Shown here one piece after another: positions 25,609 to 38,605 of a stretch of 64,000 bases of DNA. The stretch spans positions 8,682,001 through 8,746,000 of the forward strand of contig CM052818.1 of NCBI GenBank assembly GCA_028534125.1. The letters are read 5' to 3'. The position numbers and the translations under genes are program-made. Position 1 is the first letter of the stretch, and every line of letters begins with the position of its first letter. The notes below the pieces were generated by a model that saw nothing but the letters and a program-made list of their open reading frames with translations, was not told the DNA's origin and did no database searches. This DNA comes from Lama glama (taxonomy: Eukaryota).

Positions 25609-25887
25609 GTTCCTGAACTGGCTGGCTTTTGGCTTTTGAGCCTTTTACTGCAGTTGCCTTTAATTCTTTTCCTGCTCTTTAATGAAGGCCTAACGAATCT
25701 GCCCTTGGAAAAAGCAGTTCACATCATCTTCACTGCATTCCTTACTTTCCAAGTCGTTTCAGCATTTCTCACCATGAGGAAAATGGTAAACCAGTTGGCA
25801 ACTCGTTTCCACCTCCAGGACTTTGACCGGCTCTCTGAGAGCAGAGGAGGCATGAGAAGAATGAGATCCTGTCTAGAAGAGATTTGA
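25609..25887 (+). CDS. TMEM17: TMEM17 coding exon 4 (VPELAGFWLLSLLLQLP...MRSCLEEI*)
   Basis: Acceptor ttgcag|GTT and stop TGA. The exons sum to 100+104+114+279 = 597 nt, or 198 aa plus stop. Product is a ciliary transition-zone membrane protein. Confidence 0.96.
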   Translation, partial: VPELAGFWLLSLLLQLPLILFLLFNEGLTNLPLEKAVHIIFTAFLTFQVVSAFLTMRKMVNQLATRFHLQDFDRLSESRGGMRRMRSCLEEI

Positions 25888-26970
25888 CCCAGTGCTGATG
25901 AGTGAAAATCAGAAAGATCATTCCAGAAGACTGCAAGAGTTAGGAGAACACCAGGCGGCTAGCGTGAGAAGGACAAATCAAGTGTTGAATTGTATACTCT
26001 CTAGCTCTGAATTTCCAAGGCTGGGGACAACGATAAGACTGTCTGTACATCACATGAAAGCAGTAAATCAACCCTAAAGCCTACCTGTTGTCTACCTGTT
26101 GCCAGATATCTGCATTTTGTTGTTGTTGTCGACTTCTTCAGGTATGTAGAAGTCTGTAGTGGGGGTATTACATCCTGACTATCATATTTCTAGTTAGTAC
26201 CTGGAGCTAGGATGGTGTATGTTTCTTTTAAACTTGGCAGTACATGTGAAGCACATGGAAATGCTTGTCAGTATTCTGATGTATTAGACTACATTTTGTA
26301 AACCAACACACCAAATTCTGATGTCTGCTAGGGTTGAATTCTAACCTTAGTCTTAACTGTTATACTAAAGTTAAGGAGAAAATAGGTGGATTATCATGGC
26401 ATCTAGGAAATATTTTTATCCTAAAAGTGTAACTTTCATAAAACCACATTCAGTATTTATGGTGGTGGTGTGCAGAATGTCTTTATAATTATAAGATATT
26501 TATGTTAAAATGTCTGTAGAACTCATTCCTGTACAGTTCTTTTAGGCTGTGGGTTTGTTATTTTTATGACAGGGTTGCCAGAGAAGACAAAAAGTACGTG
26601 TATCAGATAGTCTTCTGTGTAGTGGGCACTGGACTAGGCCCGTGAACCCTTGTGATCTCAGCTACTAAATCGTTAGTCACTGAACTGCTTCATACCCAGT
26701 AAATTCACATGAAGATTGATCTGAAAACCAGGGTGCCTGTTAGTACACAGAGCTAGGATGGCCAGAGGGGCTCCACTCATTATCTTAAATGGGTGTGTTC
26801 CCTTGCTAATAGGAGAAGCCTATTTAAGGAGATTTTGTTAAGAACAAAGTTTGCTTGGGTGTATCTGAACATTATTTTTCAGTGATTATTGGACTGTCTT
26901 AAGGGATATAATATTGTCTTTCTTCTGCCTTTACAAGTAATGTATTTTACTGAGAGACAGTTGTAGCTAC

Positions 26971-26976
26971 ATTAAA
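26971..26976 (+). terminator. TMEM17: Candidate TMEM17 polyadenylation signal ATTAAA
   Basis: ATTAAA preceded by TGTA and followed by T/GT-rich sequence. Alternative AATAAA at 27710 and 27861. Confidence 0.4.
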
Positions 26977-29613
26977 AGTCATTCTTTCCAGTTTTCCTTT
27001 TCTGTAATTCATGTTCATTTTAGGATTTCCATGTTGTGCCTTATTCGTTCTTGTATTTCTTAATTTTTGAATATGTTTTCACTTCCCACTGTTAATCACC
27101 CCCGATCAAACTATGCTAATTTATGCTAATTTTATTATTTCTGCTTTTTATTATTACATATAAAGTTCAAAGATTTCTCCCCCATGCACTGGCTGATTAA
27201 CCTTTTCCCTATAACAAAGTCATCACTAGGTATATTTCAATAATTTGAAATTCAAAATAGGAATTCTATTTGGACAGTGTTCTAAAACGTATTTGTTTGC
27301 ATTTGTTTTCACATAGGAATAGATAGGTGAGTTTATAAGAAAATATAAAACAAGAACACTAAATCTTCATAGCAGATAAATTAAGGGGATGATCAAGAAA
27401 GACTTGCCTACTTTCTTTTTTGAAAGATTTGTCTACTTAATTGTTTCCAGAGTTTTTAATTTTAAATATCAGAGCCTTTTACACATTTAAACTTTAATTT
27501 AGGGTTAAGAGAATCACTAAAATGTTAGTATCATCAAAAATTTTAAAGGTTATAAAAATTTAGGAAAATGTGTTTCATTTATTAAACTGAAAAATGCTGT
27601 AATAACAATATTGCTTAAAATGCAGATATACAGATATAATAAGGGTGGGAAAGGGGAACCAAGAAAGTCAATTGAGAACATGACCAAGTCATTTGTTTTT
27701 CATCTAAACAATAAAGCCATGATTTTGTGTTAGGCTGAACCAACATTTTCTATTGGAGTGTACCTGGTTCCCTATGTAAGCATATGAAAATTGAGATGGG
27801 GAAGAAATTTACATGTCAGCACATTTGGAGTTTACGCAGTCCTTATTTTAATTTTATTTGAATAAATTTGTCCATCACTTACTTCCTATTACATCATCCT
27901 TTCCGATGTTCACAACACTGTTCTAAAGTTTTCTAGTTAGGATGTTGAGCTTCACAAATACTAAGTCTTTTCTTATATTTTTTCCTTCTAGGGGCTTTTT
28001 CTCATTACAGACAAGGTGGATGTAAATTCCTGTAAATCAGAGTGATTTTTAAATAATCAGTCTGTGTTTGCATGCCTACTATATACCAGAAATAGTGGAG
28101 GGTTCATAGATAAAGAAATGGTACAACGTTGGAGGTAAAATATTTGTTAAGACAACTTTAAGACAAAGTGGAAAAGTCTAATTTCTTTATGGAGGTGCAT
28201 TGGATGAGTTTCTCCTTAGTAAGGACGTGACAGCTAACAGTCCTTGGCTTCAGTGCATCTCCCCTCTTTGTCCCTAGCACTTGGGGTCCAGGATTAGCAC
28301 GCTGACCCTCCATCAGCACCATTTAGCATTCACTGCTCCTCTCAGTCAGCGCACAGGGAAGGGATGCGGTGGCAGGGATGGGGAGCGCCATTAAACACAT
28401 ACACACGCACTTGCACTTGCCTGTCACACAATAGCAAGAAGTTTACTGTCTGCCGCAAAAAGCAGATGAGCAAATCAGGGATAGCACAGTGTGAAGGGGC
28501 AGTGTAGGATCAAGAGATGGCACCGTAAAAGATGACTCTCAGAAGCCTTCCCAAACAAAGTAACACTGAGATTTGAAGACTGAGCGGGTAATTAAGTGTT
28601 TGTTTCAGTATTGAAAGACAAATACTAGTGACTCTAAATACTGTTTCAGGGATTACAGGTAGTTTGATAAAACTGCTGGGGAGGGTGCATGAGAAGAAAG
28701 GACACAGAGTAAGACAGAGAAGCTTGGGAGGAGCCAGTAAGCTTCGCTTAAGATTTTAATATTCGGAATCCCTGAATAGTTAACCAGTGGAATCTCACAC
28801 ATTTCAGAAGGATCTCTCTGAAGGCAGGGTGGAAAACGCACTGAAACGGTTAGACTCGAGGTAGAACTTGATGAAGTAACTTTGGAGAGAACAAACTGGC
28901 CTGGATAAAGTCAGTGGCAGTAAAATAAACTTCAGTGAAACCTATTAAGATTTTTAAAAGTCATTTTATATTTTAAAATAGGTATTGGAAGTTTTTTCCT
29001 ACTTCATCCTTTTGGGGATTACCCACAATGGTAAACAAAATGACATATTCACTGTCTTACCCATCCCCCTCCCCTGGCCATTGTTAGATTATTGTAGACT
29101 TAAATAGTTTTATCTGAAATAGTCTTTTATAAATTTTATTTGACATGACCTACCTAAATGGTTCTTAATTTGCATCAGTTAAGATTATAGTTTTTAAAAA
29201 CTTAAATTTTAATTGAGCGATTTCTGGGACATGAATTATCATGCCAAATAAACATTTTTTAGAAGAAAAAAAAACAACTTAAAATTTAAAAGAAGTTGAA
29301 TCAAGATTTTGAGAGGAAAGGAAAGGAAAATCACCTATATTTCCACACCCTTAAATAACAACTATTAGCAAATGTCCTCTTCCCTTGATGTTTTCCCTTT
29401 GTAAATGCTTTTTAAAAACATAGCTGTGATTAACAGCACTTACAACTTTGCAGTCTGCTTTTCTGAAAACACTATACATTTTCACCTTTCTATAGTCCCA
29501 TAACCATCATCTTAAATGATTGCACAATCATGATTCCATCAAGTAGACAGATAGTAATTGGTTTCTCTCCTGTTGTTGGATATTTGTGTTGTTTTCTTCT
29601 TTTGCTTTCATAC

Positions 29614-30106
29614 TGTTGGGGCTCAGAACAGGCTTCCCCAAGATGTGCTACAATGACATATTGATTATTTTGAATTAAAATTACTTGAGAAGCAGCCAGT
29701 GGAGAAAAAAATGATATAGAAACACTCTGACCCTCCTCTTTCCTCTTGAAAACAGGAAATAAATCCCTTATGTGAAAGTATCCTCCCTCTACCTCTAACT
29801 TGGATGAAAGCATCCTTATCATCACCCAACTTAGGGAATTCAAGGCTGAAAAAACTCTACAGATAAACTTTGCCACTTCGTCGTTAGTCTGCTACCCCAA
29901 GCACTAGCCCCTTTGTTAAATCTTCACAAATAATTGTATCTCTGTTTAGAAATGATATATAAACAGTCTGCTTTGGTCACTTCAGGGTCTCATTTCTATG
30001 AGACCTTGGTAAGTACGACTTAAATTGGGTTTTTTCCTCCTGTTAATCTGTTTGCATCAATTTGGTTAATAGACCAAGTAAAGGAACTCCCCAAGGATAT
30101 ACAACA
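29614..30106 (+). mobile_element. ERV1-class solo LTR (MER34/MER39-like) within an antisense L1M fragment
   Basis: Starts tgttggggctcagaacaggcttccccaagatgtgctac...gattattttgaattaaa and contains tcctcctgttaatctg. Flanks are L1M antisense (agaagtgaaattgctggatcatagg). Confidence 0.6.
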
Positions 30107-33100
30107 TTATAATAAAGATCTCATATATATGTATATAGCTTTTAACATATCTTAGATGATTTTTTAAATTAATGAGCTAGATTCTCAGAAGTGAAATTGC
30201 TGGATCATAGGGTCTGAGCATTTTTGAGGACTCTTGATGCATACTGCCGAGTTATAATATCCACTTTCTGCAATTCTAAAGCTATTACAATGAAAATTTT
30301 GCCAAGGACAGACTTACGGACCTTAGTCACCCATTCGTCTTTGTGTTTCTGAGTAGCTACCACAGGAACAGAGTCTCCTAAGGAAGAAAAGAACTAAAAC
30401 CTGTGAAAGGAGAGGTGCAAAGAATAAAAGAAAAAAGATTTTTGAATTAAGGGAGAACTGATAAGGGACAGGAAAAGGCTTAGGCAAGCTGGTAGCAGTC
30501 AGCAACAGACAGATGTGACACAATAAAAACTGGGTCACTGAGTTGGGACAGCCCTAGGACATAAAACGACTGAAATGAAGTAAAGCTCTGGATTACTTTG
30601 TTCTTGAATATTGAATTTTTTCAGAAGCATGGAGCATGAAATATTATAGTGATAAGCCAAGATTGGAAACATGGCCAAGAAAAAGAGGTCTTCAAGGGAT
30701 TGTTTAAAATGTGCTGAAGGAATAATTTGGTTTGGTCTTAAACGGCTCAAAAAGTAAATTGACATAAAGCTTTTGCATAGCAAAATAGGCATGGAGGCAG
30801 AAGACAATGAGGCCAGTGGAATGGTTTAGTCTGTAAATCTGATATAATGTAAAATGTTAGATTTTTGGTCCTAGAAAATGTTTGTCAGCAAACTTTAATG
30901 CTGTATTTATAAGTGCAGTTAACACTAATTTGTTATGGATGTGTATCCTACTCTAGTTTTTAAAGACTGTTAATATGAGGGTTTTAAGGCAATAAAAAAT
31001 AAAACTCAACAGTTAATCATTCTAAGAATCATTCTGAAAATCTCCTCCCCACACCACCCCACCCCCTGCAGTATATAAGCATTAAGCATTTTAAAACCTT
31101 CAAGCCCTAGAAAAATGTGTTTAAATTCAAGTTTAACCACAACATTTAAATTTATCCTGGTGCTTATGTAGATGTACATCTGTCTGAAAATGAGGCTAGG
31201 TATCGGGGGGTAATCATTTTAACCAAAGTCAAGAGAGACTAGAACTCTTAAAAAAAAAAAAAAAAGACACAGACCAGAGGATAGAACATATATTCTTTGA
31301 AAAGTTAAAGACACTTGGAAATTTAGCTTCTCAGCACGCACAGTCTAAATGTGTTCCACAGCCACACCCTCATCTGGAAAGGGCTGTCCATCTCAGGGAG
31401 GTGAATACAGTCACAGTGCGTGTATCACGATTTATTTGTCCTTCATTGTTCCACAGGCCGAAGTGTTTAGCCCTTGGCTACATTAAAAATGTAGACTTTT
31501 TAAAAACATCAACTAAGAATGGGCTTCTCTTTTAATTTTTCAGAACTCTAATAGCACTATATTTGGCTGGTAGGAAAGTGGTATTATCGATTCATCTTAA
31601 AAGGTTTTAGTTCCTGATCTTGAGTTATATATAGCCTAATCGGAAACACATTGGAAATGCTGCTCAATGTTACAGCTCACAAGAGAAAAATGTTTGATAC
31701 TCAAATTCAAAATTCAGATTCAAAAAAATGTTTGCTCTGCACATTTAATAACTATTTTATCAATGCTTGATTCATTAGTGCCTAGAAGTACTAAAATGAT
31801 CACTGAAGAGAGTGGAAGTTCAGGATATTGCTAAAAGGAATGAAAGCTAGTAAGAGTTAAATTTTTTGCTATTCTAAAAACTAGAGCTCCTGATGGCGGA
31901 TAAGCCCTTGCTAAGAAAGGCAGGAGAGCAGTTAAGTGTTGGTTGTTTGGTAATTTACAAAAGAGAGCAGCAAAGGACATGTTCATGCTTTATATTTTTA
32001 GCATGATATGATTTTGTTCTGCAAAGTAAACTTAATTTTGTTAGCTCCAACAATATACCATCCACTGTGCTTTGATACTCCAGGACAAAAAGATAGATAG
32101 GATGGAATCCCTGCCCTTTGGACCAAGGTCTAGCAGAGAAGACAAATGTAAGGTGATCATGACTGCTTATGATAATATTGTAACTGAGCTATATAAAATA
32201 TGAAGATGAGTGAGGAATCCTGAGTAGGGGGCGGGATGGTCTTTCAGACAGATGGAATAGCATGGGCAAAGGTACAGACATTTGAAAATACAAGGCCTGA
32301 ATAGACCCAAAAGGATGTTGATGTGATTAACATATAAGATACGGAGAGAAAGGCCTGAGATGAGCTGGAAAGACTCGCATCAGGATGGTATCAGTCTTTT
32401 ATATAATAATAAAGAGTTTGAACTTTATACTGTAGGCAATGAATAGTACATCTGTCCTGAAACAGAATGAGAAGACATTGCTGTTGTATTTGAACTTGAT
32501 AGAGAGCTGAGAGGGAGAGCTAATTTGAGAGATGACAGCGATCACATTTTACACACACACACACGCACATCCTCCAACATTCGCCGTTCAAAAAATCAGT
32601 TCACTGGGACATAGTTAAGGAGCTCATTATGTGCTATTTTTCAGAGGAAAATATCTGGGTGGTCTTACGAGAGGACAAGCATACATTAGTAGAAATATAA
32701 TGACCAGATCATGAAAAGGAATAATCTCCCTATTCTTTTCCATGTTTTTTTCTGTTACGTCTTTGTCTTGAGGCAGAATGATCTTGGAGCTGTTGACGTC
32801 TTTGGAAGTCATTATTGATGTAGGGAGGTGAGAGCGATACACTGTCTCAGGAGGCCAGCTAATTACATTGGTATTGTCTATGTGGGTGTAGCACTTTGAT
32901 CCATGGCTTTTCCATCCAGAAACTCAATTTTGTTAGTATATCCCAAACTAAAGAGACACAAAAGGAGTGACCACAGTAACTAAACTCATAAAAGGTATAA
33001 ATTCCAGGGTATAAATTCATTCACTTATAATGCAAGATACGACTGTCAGTATATTTTCTTCCTGTAGGAAGTCTGTTTGAAAACCCAAGTTATAAACATT

Positions 33101-33749
33101 GAAGTTGCTTTGTAATCATGAGATCAAAGAAATGGATGATCACATCATCTAGCTATGATAACCTAAGGCACTCATCTCTGCACTGGAGATGTATCTGCCA
33201 AGGAACTGACTACTTGAATCCATGCTGATCAGGGCTCCCTCTTCCCAGGACTGGGGGATGCCCTGAGCAAAGTCAGGGAAAGGCAGAAATTTTACAGTAT
33301 GTGTAGGAAATCCCAGTCAGGGTGTGTGTTTAATGTTCAAGGATGAACTGAGAGGAAGAAAGCAGACTGATGAGGGTGAAAAGGTAAACAAGACCAGATC
33401 ATGGGACATAGAAAATGGTGGGAGGAGTGACCAGGGCCAGGCAAAGAATTATTGAGTGATATGGAGAGCTTAGCTGGGTGTGGAGAGCATGGATGTATCC
33501 AGCTATTCCGACCTATGTGATTGGATCATTTTCTACAGCTACCCAGATACTCTTGGGCAGAAGGTAGATGGTTAAGTTGACCCAGAGCAAATACAGTGGA
33601 AAAACTATAGCATGAAGATTTTCAGGTATTGTTTAGAGCGGCAAAAGGAATGAACACTGAGATCTCTACCAGATACAAGGGTAAGTGAAACTAAGAAGGA
33701 TAATTAGCAGAAAGGGTGACGCAGAGGTCTTGGTGAGGACTTGGAATAT

Positions 33750-33890
33750 CTGTCTCCCTTACAGTCAGTGAGCACCTTGAGGACAGGGACCAGGTCTTAT
33801 TCGCTGTATCCCCAGTACCTACAACTGTGCTTGGCACGTTGTAGGCATTTAAGAATGTTGACTGAATGCACAGATGAATGAATAAGCAAG
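33750..33890 (+). mobile_element. L2 3' terminus
   Basis: gagcaccttgaggacagggac...gtatccccagtacctacaactgtgcttggcacgttgtaggcatttaagaatgttgactgaatg. Confidence 0.75.
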
Positions 33891-34099
33891 CCATGTTAGA
33901 CCTCAGAGCTCCTGCCTCCTGTTCTCAATATACAGTAATTTCTCTAATAGGTAAGCTTCCTAGAAGGTTGAAATGCCGTATTTATTCATATATAAATCTT
34001 TCTGGCATAAAAAGAACTCCTAATTTTAAAACCAACAGCCGCTCTTAACTAAGAGTAAATTTTCAAATTTGACGAGACTCCCCAAACTAATACAAGTAA

Positions 34100-34330
34100 C
34101 AGCCACCATCATTTAACTGAAGGTCTGCAGTGTATCAGATGCTGTCCTGGGGCTTTTTATCTCCTCTGATTCACATGACAACTGTAAGGCAGGAATTATT
34201 CCTATTTCACAGAAGCTAAAACTGGGACTCAGGAGAGGTTAAAGAACTTGTTCAGAGTAACACAGCAAGTAAATACAAGACTAGACTTAAACATAAGCCT
34301 GTTGGGCAATAAAGACCATGCTTTTTTTTT
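34100..34330 (-). mobile_element. MIR SINE
   Basis: attattcctatttcacagaagctaaaactgggactcaggagaggttaaagaacttgttcagagtaacacagc. Confidence 0.7.
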
Positions 34331-34845
34331 TTTTCACTAAGCAGTGCTCCTTGTCCCCAAACAAATGCTCCAAAAGTGTACTTGGGTTGATTTAAACCTA
34401 TCCAATCTGGAAGCCAAAGCAGGAACAAGGATACTATTTCTCATCCTTGGACCCCTAGACCTTTATGGGTTAAGAAAATAGTAAAAAGGGGTACATAAGC
34501 TATTATCATCGTTTTTTTAAAAATCAAATAGTACGTTTACCTATGGAAAGGCTAAACAATTTTTAGCACTAAAAATCTGGATTTTTTTTGCTTTTGGTTG
34601 GAATTACACTAACTCAGAGCATCGCCCTTGGTATTACAGGTTCATCCAAGTTGACTGGCAGTTAGAGATGTGTATTTGATTAATTTTTTTAAGTGGGGAA
34701 CTCTCTTAATAAACTAAAAGGACAGCTATTTTTTGAGGTAGCTCCTTGTGAAAAGCTAAAGGCTTTTCATGCACTAATTTACTCTTCCAAGGAATTCTAA
34801 TAAGTATATTTATATTATATTATATTGTATTATATTATATTAATA

Positions 34846-35348
34846 CAGATCTTCCTCTACTTACAATGGGGTTATGTCCCAATAAACACATCATATGTTG
34901 AAAATACTGTAAGTCGAATATGCAGTTAATATACCTAACCTACCCAACATTGTAGCGTGGTCTAGCCTACCTTAAATATGCTCAGAGCACTTCCATTAGC
35001 CTACACTTGGGCAAAATCATCTCACACAAAGCCTGTTTCATAATAAACTGTTGACTCTCTCATGTAATTTATTGAATCCCGTACTGAAAGTGAGAAGCAG
35101 AATGGTTGTGTGGGTTCAGAGTGGTTTTAATAGTATCCGTTGTTTCCCCTCATGAGTGCATGGCTGACTGGGGACTGCAGCCACTGTGGCCCAGCATTAC
35201 GAGGGAGGATCATGTGGCATATTGCTAGCCCAGGAAAATATCCAAATTTAAAACTGGAAGTATGGTTTCTACTGAATGCATATGACTCTTGCACCATCGT
35301 AAAATCCAAAAATCATTAAGTCAAACCACCTTAAGTCAAGGACATCCA
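34846..35348 (+). mobile_element. Tigger5-family non-autonomous DNA transposon (MER47-like)
   Basis: 5' end cagatcttcctctacttacaatggggttatgtcccaataaac and 3' end accaccttaagtcaaggacatc match the recalled MER47 consensus. Inserted after TA next to a (TATAT)n tract. Confidence 0.85.
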
Positions 35349-38144
35349 TAATTATGTTATAGAAATACCATTTTCCATTTTGCAGATGAGAAACACTGAG
35401 GGTGAGAACTCTGATAAGTTAATCAAGATCACTTAGCCTGTAATTGGCAGAACTGGGATTCAAATTGAAATACGTCTGATTCCAAAGCTTTACCACCCAG
35501 TTCAGTTCTACAGATGAATGGAGATCATAGTCTGGTAGCACTTTCAAAACCTGGGGTGTCAGAGAGAGTAAATAAAGGGGTGCTTGGGGAGGGGGGACTC
35601 CAGGTCCCCCTGGATGGGATTCTGTCCCATTTCAAATAGCCAAGGCATCCAGAGCATGAAGCCACTGGCGGAGGCAGGAAACAGCAGTGCTTTTAAATGC
35701 AGCTTGGCATGCACACTCCCTTCCTCCTCCTCCTTAGAATAAAACCCAAAGCCACATTTTATGAAGCAAAATTCCTGCAAATGCAAATTAACGAAGCACG
35801 AACTAAGAGCTCACACAGAAGCTGACAAAGGAGAAAACTGATCAGTCATATGGGGGGTCAGAAAAGGACTCTGAGAGACCACTTGAATCATGGGAGTTTC
35901 TGTGCCAGTTAAGATAACACAGTCTTCTGTTCTCCTAGTAAAGGGACTGATATTACAATTTAAAAATAAGAAAATCTGTCCATGAACTCGTAACTTCTTG
36001 AGTCCTATGAATCCATAACTCAGAGTATTTCTGAATTGTAATCTTTAAAACATGATAATTGCCCATTCTTCCTCAGTATTTATAACTTATAGTAAGTTTT
36101 TTCTTTAAATATCAGAGTTAAATATTTTCTGAAATCCATTTTTGGTCCTACAGAAACAATCCATCTAAATTTCATAGATGGAAAGGCTGTGGAGCTCAAA
36201 TGTCCAAGCTGACCTAATAACATGTTATTAGGAAGGTTTTTGTTTTGTTTTGATTTTTAAACTTTAAAAGAAAAAGTTAAGGGTGAGGCCCATGTGCACT
36301 TGGGCTGTTATTGTGTGGCTTCATGTCACACAAAATCATAATGACATCTATGGCTTGCCAGATTTCTTTTGAAAACTTCAGGCTTCTAGATTATAAAAAC
36401 AACCCCCAGTAAGCTGCTGCCTTTACTGCATGAACCAGAATGAGCCAAATACTTCTTCCCTTGGCAAACAAGCCCAAATCAGCACATGGACTGAAGAATG
36501 AAAAAGGCCCAACAGAAACACAAGAACGATCAAGCCCCTCGGAAAACCACCACTCTGATCACAGGGTTCGTGAGATCACAAGTCAACGCCATCCTCACTA
36601 AAGACAAAAACAAGTCGCTCGCAGCAAACGCAGCTGCAGTTAATACCATGAGCCATCTCCAGCACGGGCATGATGCACACGTGCCAACTTTTCATGATTC
36701 AGTAGAGAAAATTCCACCTTCCACCTCATTCAGGGCCAAGCGTAAAGTCAGGCAAATGGAAAATAGGCTGGAAACTGTGTCGGGACTCTCCAATGAAAAC
36801 ATTCCTTCTCTTTTCATTTTAACTATTTGAGACAGAGAGCTTTGGAGCTAGAAGATGAAGAATCAGTCACCACTTAGCCTCGGGGCAAACCCTCCCTAGT
36901 AGGACTGCTTTCCGAGACGCTGGGCCACTCCGGAATGCATTTACTGTGTCCAAGCCTCAGGCCGTATGGTGCCCACCTCGAGTCACCTGGTAAAGGTGTC
37001 CATTTGTGGAAGCACATTGTTTTCATGTTCAATTCCTGGCTAAACAGTTTAAGCCCTTGTATTATTGACTAAAAGATAGTGAAATACCTCAGTAAGGTGT
37101 CCTAGTTTGTGTGTGTGTGTGTGTGTAGTTTTGTTGTTTTTAAATCTGGCCCCTGAGCAGAGAAATTGAGCTAAGGTCGGGGAAGTCTTTAATTCCACTC
37201 CCCAAAAAGAGCAGAATGAAACAGAGAAGGAGTGTCAGCACACAGGATCTCAGTGTAAACCTTTCAAATCCAGCCTTTTCATAGGTTAGGGGGTTTCTGT
37301 TCCTTCATTGATTTCCTGAGATTCAGGATTCAGTTCCTAAGGTTGCTAGCCAAACTACAAAAGAAATTGAGCTTTCAGGAGAACTGCCTGAGTCCTATGT
37401 ATTTGACTGGCAGTCACAGACTGGTGGTCAGAGTTGTTCCTTGCTAGTTGCTTTTAGAATGGCCCTAAATATCATAGATTTTCTAGTTCTTTTTCAAAAA
37501 GCTCATTCGTTATAATAATAATAAAAAAAGATTTGTCCACATGTTGATTGCTTGTTACAAATAGTCTATTCCTCCTTCATGTAAAATTCAACAAGGTCAG
37601 TACCAAGGCCATGGCTTTTATTCTCCATGTAGCATCTTTCTGTGGCATTTGTCTTAATAAATACAAAGCGCTTTGCATTTGGGTCATACCTTTCTGCAGT
37701 AGCTGTCTGTATTTAAGCTATCATCTTGGTCACCCTCAGAGCCACCTGGGAAGGCAAAAACAGGGAATCACAGACTCGGGAAGAGGAAATGACATAGCCA
37801 GATCAAGTTCGTGTAAGCACAAAACTTGAAGCCAGGTCGGACAGATGGTCCTACAAAGCCATACTTTCCCCACATTCCTCTTCTTTAATGTGCATTGTCA
37901 CCTCGAGTTAGAATCTGGAAATGAACTAAATATTATAACCTGCATCTTAATTATGTTCCACCCTCTATCGCAAAGTAAGTTCCATGAGATCTGCGCAAGT
38001 TCTGTTTATTTCGGTTTTTTGACTCTTCCTTTAGCTTTCTTATTATGAAAGAAACATTAACCCCACCCACTCACGTATCTCAGAGGCATTTTAGGATCAA
38101 ATGAGCTCTGTAAAAGGGCTTGGAGAATGGTAAGTGTTTATTAA

Positions 38145-38605
38145 AGTGGGCAGAACAATAGTCCCCAAAGATGTCCACATCCTAATACTAGAATCTGTGA
38201 GAATGTCAGGTTATATAGCAAAGTGGAATTAAGTTTGCAGATGGAATTAAGGTTGCTAATCTAAGACAGTTGGTTTTGAAAGAGGGAAATGATCCTGGTT
38301 TATTCAGGTAGGTCCACGGTGGTCACGGGCATCCTTAAACGTGGAAGAGGGAAGCATGTAAGTGAGTGTCAAAAGGATGCGATCTGAGGAAGACTCGTCT
38401 GGCCATCGCTGGCTTTGAAGATGCAAGCAGGCGTAAGCCAAGGAATGCCGGCAGTCTCCAGAAGATGTGAAAGGTAAGAAAACAGATTTTCTCCTAGAGC
38501 CTCCAGAAAGGAACACAGCCCTTCTCACACCTCGATGTCAGCCCAGTGAGACCATTTGTGTGTTTTAAGCCACTAAATTTGTGGTAATTTGTTATGCAGC
38601 CGTAG
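38145..38605 (+). mobile_element. MaLR solo LTR (MLT1D-like)
   Basis: ccccaaagatgtccacatcctaat, gcagatggaattaaggttgctaat, ggctttgaagatg, ctagagcctccagaaaggaacacagcc and ttttaagccactaaatttgtggtaatttgtta. Confidence 0.85.

Noticed and set aside
36498..36830. 110-aa ATG ORF in a slightly CpG-retaining patch
   Set aside because: No recognisable domain or splice context. More likely chance or non-coding.
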